Shown here: piece by piece, positions 1-13,745 of the stretch | How the letters are laid out: every line of letters begins with the position of its first letter | How positions within the stretch are numbered: the first letter of the stretch is position 1 | From: Dimorphilus gyrociliatus | Lineage: Eukaryota; Animalia; Annelida | Reading direction: 5' to 3' | Length of the DNA stretch: 64,000 nucleotides | NCBI GenBank assembly: GCA_904063045.1 | Contig: CAJFCJ010000010.1 | Location: 744,001-808,000, forward strand | Program-made: the position numbers and the translations under genes | Notes under the pieces: model-generated | What the model was told of the DNA's origin: nothing | Databases searched by the model: none | Seen by the model: the letters and a program-made list of their open reading frames with translations, nothing else

Positions 1-22
1 ACTTATTAAAAAAAGTTTTCAA

Positions 23-3000
23 TCACCTTATCACATTTTTCATTAATCTTACATACTTTATTTTTTCTTCATAATCCATTGATTTATCCAATGTACTTGT
101 TGCTAATACGAGAATTAGAGTCGATAAACGGTGATATATCATACCAATACTTTGTAGTACTAAAATAGAAAAAGACAAAGAAACCTAAGAAAACAATTCC
201 AATAGGATCAATCTTTTCTTTTGGAGTTTTGTTTGACAGTGGTCAAGTGACTCTCCACCTTTCATTCATTTGAAGAGTTAAAACAACTGTTATCAAAAGT
301 AAATTGGAGAGAAACATCATCGTACAAAATTCATTTTTTTCCTTTCTTAAACCTTTAATAATGAAAAATAAAAGATTAACTACCCTATTCATTTATGGCT
401 ATACTCGCCATTTTCAATTTCCTTCTCTTTATCAAGGCTAAGCTCTTTTTTCAGGATTAAAATGAAATTTAATTAACTTTTCAAAATAAACAATGTCGCG
501 TGAGGACAGAATTTTCTTAGAAAAACATTTTATATCGGGATCGTCAGTAAAATCAAACAAAGAGACATTTTGTTGTTCTAAATAAACATTGTCCAAGTTA
601 GTCTCCTGTGGATACCCTCCTTCCGCTGAATTCACTATATCAGGATTGTGAGATTAGAATTTTTGTATTCCTCTTTTTTATTATTAGCCTTTTATACTTG
701 CTACTATCGTTGATGTTGGTGATGGACTGTTTTAGATATTTTCGTTGTCTATAACAGAAGGAGCTATAAAAAATTACGTTTTTTTGTGTGAATTATAAAT
801 TTATACTCATAATAAAGAAATGACCTTGATTGGTATTTTCATTTCTGGAAAAAGTAAAATCGTTTGATGTTGAACTCTTTCTATTTGTACAGCACGAACA
901 ACAACTCTGCTTTAAATGTTTAAAGAAGAAAATATTAAAATACAAGTATAAAATATGCTGTTCTTTTAATAATTAATATTTATCAGCTTATCCCAAAATT
1001 TGACTTTTTCTTATCTGAGAGTTGTGTAGATTCTCTGACACCCCACCCAACGTCATTCATTTTAGAAAACGCATAGATTTGTAAAAGTAAATACATAGAA
1101 GGAATCAAAAAGAAATATATCACTCCACAGAAAACATTCATTGATTCCAGTGGATGTAGAATTGCTGCCATTAGAAATATCGCTGTAACAAAGAGAAAAA
1201 ACATGGACGTTGGTGATTGCCAGTCCGTTATTATATCTTTAAAAATAGCAATAATTACAAGCATTATACTATAGTATACAATACAGTAAAAACTCGAGCC
1301 AGTAAAAGCTGCATATAATGCGGTTGATTAGATAAATTTTATAAAATAAACGTAACACTTATTATTTACCGTTGTCTTTTTATTTTCAGAAAAGAAGCAG
1401 GAAAGTGCGATTATCATAACTGGGATGACATTAATTAAAATAGAAACCCATGCAGGAATAGCCGTTGAATTAAATTTTTGAGAGGCGAAGATGACAGAAC
1501 CTATCATTACCAAGAGAATAGCAGCTAGACCAAACATTGAAGAAATGAACAGTATTATTTGTTGGGTGTATCAGACTTTTGAGCGTAAGTTTGGATAATA
1601 CCAGACTTGTCCGCTAACGCTGATGCTCTAAACAAAGAAAAACATCCTGTCGCGCACAAAACACAACCGAAAATATGTTCGGTGGATTTTTGTAGCCAAT
1701 GTTCAATGGCGTATTCAAATTTTTGATACCACATTACCAGGATAAGTTTATCTAAAATAATGTTCATCTGATGAGGAAATGTAAGTCTGGAGAAAATGAA
1801 AGTTCACCTTGACTAACAGGATGTATTCTTCCACAAGCTGCTCCGATTGAAGGATCTTGCTGAGTGACCTCAATAAGTCTATGAACAGCCTCTGGCTAAT
1901 TAGAAACTATTCTATAATAGTTGTTGAAATACAAATAAACTTTACTTTAAATTCAACATCTTCATCCAAGGCTAGGATAAACATATTTTCTAATTCTTTT
2001 TGATGCTCGTCTAATTGTTCCTTTGGTGATATACTATTCGATTCTCTACTCCGTAGTTTTTATCATCAACATTCTCAAACGCATTGTCAAAATGTTAGCT
2101 GTACAGAAACGTATTATATTCATTGAAATGTTTATCTATGAAACTCACCTGCAAGTTTGTATTTTCTATTTGCAAATTCTCAATTATCACGGAACTGTTT
2201 CTGAACTTCTCTATCTTCATCCATTCTAAAAATATTATTCAACATTGTTATTATTTTAAATTCCTCTTCATACAACATTGTGGCGCAAAGATATAGATTT
2301 GGCATTGCAAAATGTTTTTTTGAAGCCTAAAGTAAAGTTAAATATATAAAACTTAAGAAAATTATGTTAAAATGCTAAAATCACCTCATAAATAATGATA
2401 TTCTCAGTAATACAACAATTAAGAAATACATCGTACAAAGGTAAAAAAATATATTCCTTGTTTTTGCTATCAGTTTTTGTGGTAGTATAGTTAGACTTAT
2501 GAAGAATTTTATACTTAAAGTCAACAATGAAAAGCCTAGAAAACTGAATGCAAACTCTTTTGATTTGAACAATCCCAAAATAGATGACGGTATCAATTCT
2601 AAAAAAAAGGAATTGAATTTATAATAAAGAATCAACTAAAATTAAAATAATACTTTGAAAGAATGGAGAACAAGGTGAATTTACTCGACTTCTACATCCA
2701 AATGTAAAAAAAATTAATAAAACTATATTACTTATAAATAGAGCTTTAGATAAGAAGATATTTAATCTTAATTTCAAAGCCGTTCTTGACAACATATATG
2801 TTATCAATTGTATATAGACCATTATAAAATAAAATTTTATCCAATCTTTCGTATAATGATCTATATCTTCTCCATCATCGCAATCTGTATTAAACGTATT
2901 ATTATATTTTTAAGTACTAATTAAATTATTTCAATATATACTCTACCTTCAACTTTTATAGCGAAAAAGTCTTTGAAGTCATTTCTTTTAGAATATCTTG

Positions 3001-4336
3001 AGTAAAGTAGCACAAGAAATACAAAAAATATTATTAATCCTCGCATTAGGCTAATTATCACATTTAACTTTGGATAATAATGAAAACTTTCTTTACTGAA
3101 TATTTCCATACCGAAATATCGTCGGCCATTTTTAAAGTAAACATGCTTATATATTTTATACAGTGTCTGAAAGAAGCACAAATTGCTCCAACAATTAAGA
3201 AGATAAAGAGATTGCTATTAGTTAAAGCTGATTTATTAATGTTTGCTTAACGAGACACAACGCCAAAGAAAACTCCCAAACCTAACAGTTTATGATAAAA
3301 TTAATATTAAAAGTACTTTTCACTATCATATTAATGGCGTTAATGCTTACACGATGGGAAAATTAATGAAAAAGCACATGGCAACATTATTCGCTTTTTT
3401 TTTCAATATGTCCCTTCTTTCAAAGTAAAGAGTGGTAAGAAACTTTATAATCGAGGGAAACAATTCAATAAGGAATAAGATACCAAATCCGTAAACTGAA
3501 TGGATACACGCTAGACCACTACTAATCAAGATGCTTGTGCCACAGGCTGATATAAATTCCGCAATACATGTCTTTAAATATTGAAATAAGTTAATATAAA
3601 ATTATCTTTTAATATGTAAAATATATACTAATATTTACGATTATGCAAACTGATAAATTCGGCCATTGACTCTCTATGAAAATTGTGCAATAAAGACTTC
3701 GGATGAGGGCGAAAACTTCAGGTGTAATCATAATTAAAGCCAAACATCGAATCCAAGACATGACAATACTTTTACACATTCTGTAGAATAAATGCTTATT
3801 GCTTATATTCATATCGTACTGCAATGGTTAATCTATGAACACTTTATCCTTATAACATGTATTTAAAAGATCTGTTTTATTTGTTCCGTCAAACATAACC
3901 ACACATGTATCATTATTGCTAAATAGGGAAGTATTTATTTCTGTTCAAATTAAATATCGTCCTGATAATAGTAAAATCTTATTGATTATTATCATTCACG
4001 TCTAAAAGAATATTACCTGATGGTGAGTTTTCATGATTTGAGGAATAATACTCTCTTATTTGAGAGGTAGGAAACAACAACATTGACTTTGATATAAAAA
4101 GACGGCCGGAAATGGATAAGATCAGAAAAGCAACTACTATAACTTTTAATAGTGATAGTAACTTGTCGAAACATCCTTCAGCTTCTTCGTTGCTTGTAGA
4201 TTCAGTATCAAATTTCAAAATTTCTGTCTTGTTCCAGCTATTTTGGTGAGTACTGGTTGACGGTCTATCTCTAGCTGAGAAAGAAGTCTCTTGCTGATTA
4301 ATATCATTGGTGTCTTCACTTATTATGTAAAGTCAT
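23..4336 (-). pseudogene. chs: Chitin synthase (metazoan CHS) unprocessed pseudogene with retained introns and many disabling lesions
   Basis: Colinear CHS-like segments on minus strand: LKVIVVAFLILSISGRLFISKSMLLFPTSQ (about 4050-4150); WIRCLALIMITPEVFALIRS (about 3680-3760); PNLYLCATMLYEEEFKIITMLNNIFRMDED (about 2205-2300, cf. CATMWHE...FRMDED); ENMFILALDEDVEFK|PEAVHRL...GAACGRIHP (about 1810-1995); WYQKFEYAIEHWLQKSTEHIFGCVLCATGCFSLFRASAL (1615-1735); HPLES...IPSMYLLLQIY...VGWGVRE (1030-1160); DPIGIVFLGFF...ILVLQSIGMIYHRLSTL (115-215). Lesions read directly: in-frame TGA at 2180-2182 and 243-245, stops near 3347 and 2619, frameshifts near 2090, 2040, 1560, 1270 and 165. GT-AG introns are retained (for example about 1755-1808, 1896-1952, 2099-2148). 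The ATG at 4336 is tentative and is itself followed by an apparent frameshift. Confidence 0.92.
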
Positions 4337-7300
4337 CTAGCCTAAAAATTGCTCCTGCATTTTTCCTCATTGCTTGTTGAGGAAGTGAAGTGTTCAAAAT
4401 TCGAAGAAAAAATAAGATTTCAAATAACATTCTACAAATTATCTTATCAATCATCAATTAGAGATAATTCTTAAGAAAAATTTATACGATATGTCATGTT
4501 GTTCTACTCTTTTTATGAATGTTGAATAATGCTATTTGGCGTGAAACGTGCCTATGATAATAATTTGAGAAATTAATTTGACATTTATTTAAACCATAAA
4601 TTAATTAGTTGTATGTTATTAGTTAATTACAATAGTATTAGTAAAGCTCATCAACTTTAATCGTTATAGGTAATCCAGTATAAATTTTTTTTTTAATATA
4701 AATCAATAATCTGTTGCTATTAAGCTTATAACCACTTGAGATTATGTAAGACATACACTGCCATGCAATTCACTCAATTATAAAAGCAGTTACTTTCCTT
4801 ATTCAATAAAAATATTATCTCTCTCTCTCTCCCCTCTTTTTCTTTCAATCTATCTCTTCTTCTGTCATACTCCTGTTTACTTCAGTGCTCTGCCACCATT
4901 ATTCATCTTAACTCTCACTTTTTTCCTCTCCTCTTCCTAATCTAATTTAATAGTGGGAAAAAAATTACTTTTTCACCCTATATGCAGAGTTACCTTTTAA
5001 AAAGAAATCAATATTAAAATATGAGATTTTTTCTTATAATATGGAATTTTATAACTATTAGAGCAGGTAAGGAAGTTTATTTTGTTGATATCTTATTTCA
5101 TAAATGAGTAGAGGTTTGGAAGTGTTTTATTGAATATGTTTATGGTTATTAAAATTCAACTGATATAAAATTGATAGTAAAATAAAGCTTTAAATCTCAA
5201 TATGTTATATCTTTAATGCATTATAGGCTGATGAAATATAAAATATTCAATTGACCAATTTTGCAAAGGATTGACTTTCAATGAATATTTCTAGCTTAGG
5301 CTTTCCAACCCTATTAGAATACTGTCAATTAAAGTCATATTCCTTTCGGAAATATTTTCTCATCTGAAGTGTTAATGTCAAATTTTCATATACTATATTT
5401 ACACATATTTATTAACTATATAAATAAGAAATCTTATGTACCGAATATGAAAAAAAAAGACATATAAAAAATAAAGGTTGTATTTGTTGTTTTTATATTT
5501 TTCATATAAAAATAGATACATACAAAAGATGTTTGTTTGAAATGCTTGAAGTATGATGGCAGAGAAATTTAATCATTTAAAAAATATATGATAATTAACA
5601 TTTATCATCAAAAATGGAACATTCATTTTTATCAATTTTATTATAATTTCTAATTTTTGGTTGTTTTCTTCTTTTCCCATAATTTTATCCTAAAAATAAA
5701 TCAAAGAGAAAAGGAAAAATTATGCTTGAAATGGTTTTGAAATAGCTTTTTTCCAAAGGGTTCATTTAACATCAAATAAATCCTTGAATTTCAATTTTCA
5801 CGCAACAACAGGAAGAGCCTGAGGCTGTTCTATTGTATAAAATTGCTGTTTAATCGTCTGTTGTAAAGATTGAAGACCTTATTTTATACATGTTCAAAGT
5901 ATTATAAAATTATATCATTTACCGTGAAGGCTTATTGATGAAAAAAGATGCTTAATCTTTATTTCTAACATCTTTTCAAAGAGAATATTGACATTACATA
6001 CTCTGCTTTAACATTACAATTTTTTGCTATACGTTACTTCTATCTTATTAACAATTAAACTAAGACGAGAAAGACGAGAAAGAGAATACTGTTGCTATTA
6101 TTTTAATTAATTTCTTGATAAAAGATTTAAAAAATCAAAGAAAAAAAGATAATCATTAAACCATAAGAAATATGAAAAGTAGAGCAGTAGCAGTATATCA
6201 TAATAAGTAGAGGTATAAAATGTTGCATCTAATGAAAAGTGTAGCACAACACTTGGATACGTGATAAAAAATAGGTAATAATTACATCAATGGTACCTAG
6301 ACACAGAGTATAAAAAGGGAGAAGCTCGTTTAATCGAAAGAATGGGAAAAATTGGTTAAAAAAAATCCAACAGGTGCCTCCATTTTCCGCTTTTTTACTG
6401 ATTATAATGCGACATACGATCGTCATTCTGTAATACCTTTTTTTTCATTTAATCAATCAGCTTTATTTAGTCTTGTCTTTGCATTACCTCTCCGTTCTTT
6501 CTCTTTACTCGGATCTTTTAAGTTCATCTTTTACAAGCAGTTTTTTGCCTTAAGGATTCGTTGAAAAATTAATAAGAAATCTGGAAACTAGTTAATTAGT
6601 AAAATTTAATGGATAATATACTGCAAAGTAATTAATAGATAACGGTTAGGATACTTTATTAATAAGAATCATTTAATAAATGCAGAATTGGAGGACAGTT
6701 ATACTTTTAGAAAATTGTTCAAAGTAGCGTAAGAGTCAAAAAGCAGAAAAGGGGAGGAGGCTGGGAAGGTACGAAACGAGAAAAACAGAGACAGTGAAAG
6801 TTAGTAATTAATTGAGTGGGTGAGTACTTTGAGAATAGACAGAGAGAGAGAGAGAGAGAGGTAAGAGAGAAGCAAAGAGGTTGCAAGTTTTTTTTTTTGC
6901 ATACTACATGTGGACAACTTTTTATGAGGAGAGAAGATTTACAGATATATTTTTTTCTTCGCTTTGCTTGGTTTAAAGAAATTTTTACCATACAGGTACG
7001 TTTACCTTCCTAAGAGGAAATCACGTTATATCAATTTTATGGGTGTATAGTGCCTTAAGCCTATTTATTTCAATATTCGTTATTGTATCTTGTTTCTTCG
7101 TATCCATGGTGATTCGTAATTTACGGAAATTTATGATAAATTAAGATCATTCAGTTTTATAGTTAATTTCTTACAGTAAAGGTAGATTGCTCTAAGAGTT
7201 AACAAATAAAGATGAACTCTGCTAATCTTGAAAAGCGAACAACAAAATTGATTGTAAAATAGAACGTGGCAGTTTGTAAACATTTTTCTAGACGCCTTGG

Positions 7301-7352
7301 CGTTTACTTAAACGATCATTTTTTTATTACAGGAAAATTTTCAAGTAGGATC

Positions 7353-10324
7353 ATGCTCAACTCTACAAGTTCAACGAATTCTTCCTCACCGGAATTAGTC
7401 TATATTCCTTATCCTATTTTATTCCTCATATTATTATTTCTGGCTGTTGCTTCCTTTATAAGGTATCACTTGAAAAATAAAACGAAATATGAAGTAAGGA
7501 AATATAAGGAGAGCTTGCCAACGACAAGATTCAAAATGATGGAGGGACATATAGATGTATCAAAGATTGTTAATAAAGTAATGATAGATGAAGTGAGGAA
7601 TTACGAAATGCTCAAAAATGAATCTCAATTGGAAGTTGGTAAGAATCGACTTTTATACACTAGATTAAGGTTTTTGGTAATGAGCAACTAGAAAAGGTGT
7701 TGTTGCCTAGATACCTACTTCGTTCTTTTAAAATTCTAAATCATTTGGCAAATGTATTTCCATAGTGTTAGTTGCGCTTCTGAGATTAGAAAACGTTTAT
7801 TTCTTACTAAATTTCCAGTGAAATAATGAGGGTAAGCAATTAAATACTTTTCAAATAGAGACGTATTGACTCAATAAAACTTAAAGCATTTACGACATGC
7901 AACACTTAAGTCGGTTTCTTAAAAAGAAATTCAAAGAAAATAACTTCATTAATATTATTATTTGTGTCATTTAAGCCATATACATTTATTAAGACGTAGC
8001 TTTTTCAATTCACACTATTCATCTTTCAGGAGCATATATTTACTCATACTTTTATTCACTATATCTATATATATATATAAATATACATTAGTATATATAT
8101 ATATCTATATTTATAGATATAATTTTTCTATATTTTGCTGATTTATATGCATTGTAAATTATAAATTATATCTCTAATTCCTTTCCCTTTTTAAGTTCTT
8201 CTTTCATTCTAATAAGTAAAATTATAGAATAAGTGCTTCAGACAAATTAGCTGGTATCAATATTAATGATCCATTCTTTTGAGGATCAAACACAATAATA
8301 TTTATTGCCAAGGCTGTTAAATTTTAGGTTGTTCTAGTTCAAATTGATTACTTAGTAAGTAATTGAAAGCATTCGAAGTCTTGTTTATGTAAATTGAAAA
8401 TAAAAATGATTTTAAGGTGATGTTGACACAGATTGATTTTATTAATCAATACCTAAATATAAATGATAGACGTCAAGGCTTGAAATTTTATTACATTAAA
8501 ATTTTTACATAGTCTATCTATTGGAAGGTGTCAAAGGCAAAGTACAAAATGAATTGTTTGGCCATAAAAGGGAAGAAAAACTGTAAAGAAAGGAAATGTA
8601 TAAATTGCCAATATAGATTTTTTATAGAAATATATGGATATATCTATTTTCTTTTAATGAAGATATCAGCTTTCCTCAGTTAAACATCAATAATTAGATA
8701 AACTTTTAATTCTGACGAAAAAGACGTAGTGACTAATTTTGACGCACAAATCTGAATTGAAAGTGAAGCTAAACACAATAGCCTACAGGGTTTGAAGAAA
8801 CTATTCTTTCTAATGAGCATCTTTTATATTAATATGAGAGCGTACAAATTAAAGATAGCTATTTCTGACGATTAATAACCTGAGTAGATCTTTCATAATA
8901 ACAATACATATACTGACGATACTAATATTCACTGTATTTATAAATCTAATACACTGTTGTATATATAAAAAAAAGTCAAGACCAGAAGCGACCTTCCTTC
9001 TAGATCTTTTTTAAACAAAGGCATTGATCTCAACACCTTTGCTATAGAATCAATGAAAACATTCATTATTCCATTTAAAATTCACTAAAACTGTATTGAC
9101 TATTGCTTTTGTATTATTAAAATTATATACCTTATTTTGTTAAAATAATAGAAATGCTATCCTATATAAATATTTCTTTAAATATATCTGACAAATTGAA
9201 AAACTTCCTTTAATAGTTAAAAAAAGGCATAACCATTTACGGAAAATATTTTAAAATGGTGTCTATGGAAATATACCTATTATATCTCTTTAAAAAATGA
9301 GTCATTAATTTAATTAATGTGTTGGGGATATGAGAAACAATCTTCTTCAATAACAATTAATTAATTATTAAATGATACTTTTAGGTATAAAGACATTTGT
9401 AATATATATGTATTATGAGCGTCTATATAGGTATAGACTAATATATATATATATATAAATTTATATACTGTATATATATCAAAATGGTAATACATGTCTA
9501 TGTATGTCAGTATAGGAATTTTAAAAGTCTAATCATGGTTTCTCTTCACTCTTCTTTGAAATAACATTTCTTATAATTTTTTAAAGCTTAAGTGAGTATA
9601 TCATTAATTGAAACTGAATTCTCCTTCTTTCTTTTATTTTCTTTTAAACAAATCGTGACTTGAATATTCTTACAGATTTTTCTTTATTTGTTATTCCTTG
9701 TCTATTATTGACTCATAAAGTACAATAAGAGTTAAGAGATTTTCTATAATTCGATGATTCCCTATCAAACGGAATGGTAAATAAGATTGTTGCAATAGCA
9801 AACTATGTTATTAACTTAGTACAATTGGCTCTCAACTCACTGCGGTTCTCTCCCTTACATTCTCTTTCCCTTAGATAAGAACAATCTATTGGCATCTTTT
9901 CAATCAGCATTGAATGGATATTCAGTTTGTTTTAGTTATAAATAGCCATTCATATTCAATTGATATTCCTTTTTTTCTCTCTACAATTATACGAACACTG
10001 ATATCATTGATTTATATAATTTAAAAACATGTTAGGAAAGAGTAACCTTGCAGAAAAAAATTAATACTTGTTAAACAACAGTAGGATTGATACTTCTTAT
10101 CATTACATTCTAATTTAACGTCATATGTTTTTGTTTAATCATTAGAAAACTTACAAACGAAGAAGGAAGCGAGTTTCATATCGAAATCTCTCCCGAGTTC
10201 TTCTCGTGGCGAAGAAAAACCAGGAAAAAAGTTAAGATCAAACATGCTGGTATTTCCCAAAAGGATAGCTACATTAACTTCTACAGAACAACCGAAATCT
10301 AGCATGACTGACATTAGTATCTAG
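7353..10324 (+). CDS. Uncharacterised 154-aa single-pass (signal-anchor/type III-like) membrane protein; exons 7353-7638 and 10146-10324
   Basis: MLNSTSSTNSSSPELVYIPYPILFLILLFLAVASFIRYHLKNK... has one hydrophobic helix followed by basic residues. The phase-1 donor (G|GTAAGA at 7639) joins in frame to the acceptor at 10145 (ATTAG|AAAAC), giving ...LEVENLQTKKEASFISKSLPSSSRGEEKPGKKLRSNMLVFPKRIATLTSTEQPKSSMTDISI*. A 5' UTR acceptor (TTACAG) lies at 7332 and a candidate upstream donor (CAG|GTACGT) near 6996. Confidence 0.7.
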
Positions 10325-11551
10325 AGAAATTATTTTATGACTTTTTTATGGCAAATTATAACTTTCGGTTTCTATTATTGCAGTTTGTTTTTTTTCCTTT
10401 GTTATGTTATACTCTCCTTTTGTTTCTCTTGGTCAATTTCTACTTGAAATTTATTCAACACCAAAAATAAGAGACATCTAACCATATACTGCTTATCCAT
10501 TGATTAGATATTACTGATATTGTTAATTGCAGCAGTGCTGCCATCTAAATTAATACATAGGCCTATTACTTTCTGTTTATAAGAGAAATTTCTTAATATT
10601 CGTCACCCTTTTAATTATTACAAAGAGGTAGTTTAAAGAGTTTTCACGCTCTTTTGTGGTATATTTATCTTAAAAAAAGCAACAAAGTTGTGGAGAGAGG
10701 GGGGATAATGCATCAATTTCCTTCCACTGGTTATTGAACCAAGAACATTAAGGAAAAAATGATCTGCAGGAGTTTACTTTTCGGACAAACAAGAAAACTA
10801 TAATTTGCAGAGGCTAATAAAAGTCCAGAAAAGTGCAACAAATACACAAATCTATATAGTATAATATATACTAATGCACAATATATGCAGTATATATACT
10901 TTATGTATACTTGGATAGTTTATACAGATATTAATTTTCATATATATTAACGTATATGCTTACTATAATAAATCACTATTCATGTATTGTATAAATAGCA
11001 GGTTTATTGTTTAATTTTTTTGTTTACCTATAAAAATATATGTACTTTTTTCAAATATTTTTTTTAATGTTTTCTTTTCTCATTTTGGCTAGAAATACAA
11101 TTTGTTTACCATTAAAAAATAAAAATTTTTGAGCTGGTACGCCATCTCTTGATAGATTTTATAACTAGATGATGCTGTGGAAGTTAGTATGCTTATGCAT
11201 TCTTCTTCTGTTTCAATGTAATTACCATTTTTAAAGTACTTTAACGGTGAGGATGCTGTGAAGCATCATTGGTAATCGCTTCACGAAAAAAATCGTTTAC
11301 TAAGAAATAGGGGTATTGCTGGATAAAATGGCAAATACAAATGTCAAATCAATAGCGCAACAAGGCCAGCACATTTTGCAGTACACTTATCTACTCCGTT
11401 CCAGTAACGCCTCAGTCAGCGTCCTGATCTGAAAACGTTGAAGAATATTCCTCGGAACGCCCCTCATATAATAATTTTATATGGAATGAACCACGTGACC
11501 AACTATAGGAATTAATAACGAGACGCCGTCAGCTATCTGACTAAACGAGAT

Positions 11552-13706
11552 ATGTGGTTTAAAGCTGCTAGAAGTTTACAGGCAAATCCTGATGCTGGTA
11601 GACCAAAATTGGTTAAATTCAAGGCGAGGAAAGGAGATAGAAGATCCAGCGGAAGAGTTGTAGTTAAACAGAAACTGTTAAAAGACAGTGACAGGTAAAT
11701 AATAATCACATTCTTATAAAGAAAAAAAAGGAAGCGTCATTTAGAAAAAAACTGATAGTTGAATTGTGTAATAATAAAAAACCTACTATTTGTTTTGTGT
11801 AATAGTTGGAAGCTTCCATAAAACGTTTGATGTAGTGCACTTGTATCAGTTATGTCTGTGGCATCGTAAATTTACCAATCTATGTTCAAAGTAAGCTCTT
11901 CATAGCCATCCATGAGTTTGTATAATCAAAACTACTGTATTTAAATAACCAAAAGCATTAGGGAGATAATGTATATATTCCAATTGTTCCATTTTGTACT
12001 CATGACAATTGTTTGTCCTAAAACACACAAACAGTAATAGGTACATTTATCCTGTTTTCGAGGCAATTATCATCGCAAATTGATACTTTTACCTTATGGA
12101 AATTTCCGTACATCTATTCTGTACAAGGTATTTAATAGATTCGTTAAAAAAGGGAAATGTTTGCACTTAGCCATCTATTAGACAAATGTGGAAAAAGACG
12201 TATAAGCTGGAAGAAAAAAGGTGTTCGTGAGCAATTAAAAAAAAAACCGAAATCTAGGTAAACTATAGTATTTCAGAAAAAGAATATATATGTCTTTTTG
12301 TCCTGTTTTTAGAACAAAGAAAAAATCTGATAATTCGTCTTTTTATTGAAAAAGGAAAGAAAAATGTATTGGTGTAGAATATTTTCAATGCAAACCTCTT
12401 AGTTTTGAAGCATATACTAATTTCCGGTTTATAGGCCTATTATGCAAAAGAAAACTGTTTTTCTCTATTTTTTGTAAAAGTTTTTAATTAATTTTTTATA
12501 AAACGTTCATTTTCTATATTGTATGAATTCTCTTGTTTCCCCCTATGTTAAAATTCTCATCTTTCAACTTAACTGTGAATATTTTTATAGCTAATCAATT
12601 CTCTAGTAAGGAGAGACTCCTCATCGTAAGAAAGATTGGTATAAGTAGACTAATTTAGCGTAAAAAATCTTTACAGGGGCAAGCAAACCGAACAATCGCA
12701 ACATGACAAACTGCTAGAACGTTAGTATTATTATTTTTTATTGGTTATATACTGAAGGTAATAAAAGTTCAAAGACAGTTTAAACATTGATGCATTCATG
12801 AGTAAATACATTTGAAAACATATATTTTATTATACAAATATAGAATGTTTATATATTAATGCATACAGATGTATTTTATATATTAAGATTAATTTATGCT
12901 GGTCACATAAGTTTGTGTATGGTTAAACAGATGAAGACGATGGAAGCGATAAGGAAGAAGCCTACCCAAAAGAAGTAATTATGAAATGCAAACAAAGCTT
13001 AGAAAAAGGAGTGTTGGGTTGGGAAAAGGGCTAAAGAGGAGGATTTAGGGGATTTTAGTTTTGAGAGAGGCAAATAATTTATTTTCTTTTCTCTTCTCTT
13101 CTCATTTAAACAGATAATAATAAGTGTTGAAGATGAAAAGTATAATTTGGAATATACCATTAAATCTGATGGAATTCAATTATTTAAACCCCAACCAAAT
13201 TTGGACGGACAGGTTTTTTACATTTTCATTACTACATATTGCTATTGTATCATTTTCCTTTACTATAGATGTACGTTGAAGAGCCAACTGCATCAAAAAT
13301 TCGAATACTAAGAATATGCGCTAGTGTACTCGCTCATATTGTGTTTTTTACAGCTTTATCCATTCTACTTGTCGCATATAAATGTAAGAAAAAAAAACCA
13401 ATTATCGTAAATAATGTTTCTATTTAGATATTTATCTACCAGGATTCAATTTCTCTTTTTCTCTTTAATTAACAACAAATATTACTTTTTTCCTTTATAA
13501 TAAGTTATAAACGAGGGATACTAATATTTAACAAAACAAATGATAAAGGATAAAAGGAATGATAGGGTTGTAAAAAAAGAAAAAAAAGAGAACGAATAGA
13601 AAATCAGAGCACGCATCAACAGCAATACAGGGCTATTGGTCAAAAGAAAATCAATCCTGCGCATATTGGTCTTAAAAGAGAAAGAGGGGTGGGTGGGTGA
13701 AGAGAG

Positions 13707-13745
<39 letters not shown>

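Noticed and set aside
8690-9950. Possible further Tc1/mariner traces (SDEK near 8712; RERECKGENRSEL near 9830; also about 27300-27450 and 36700-37050)
   Set aside because: Only 4-8 residue resemblances amid stops, below my support threshold without a profile search.
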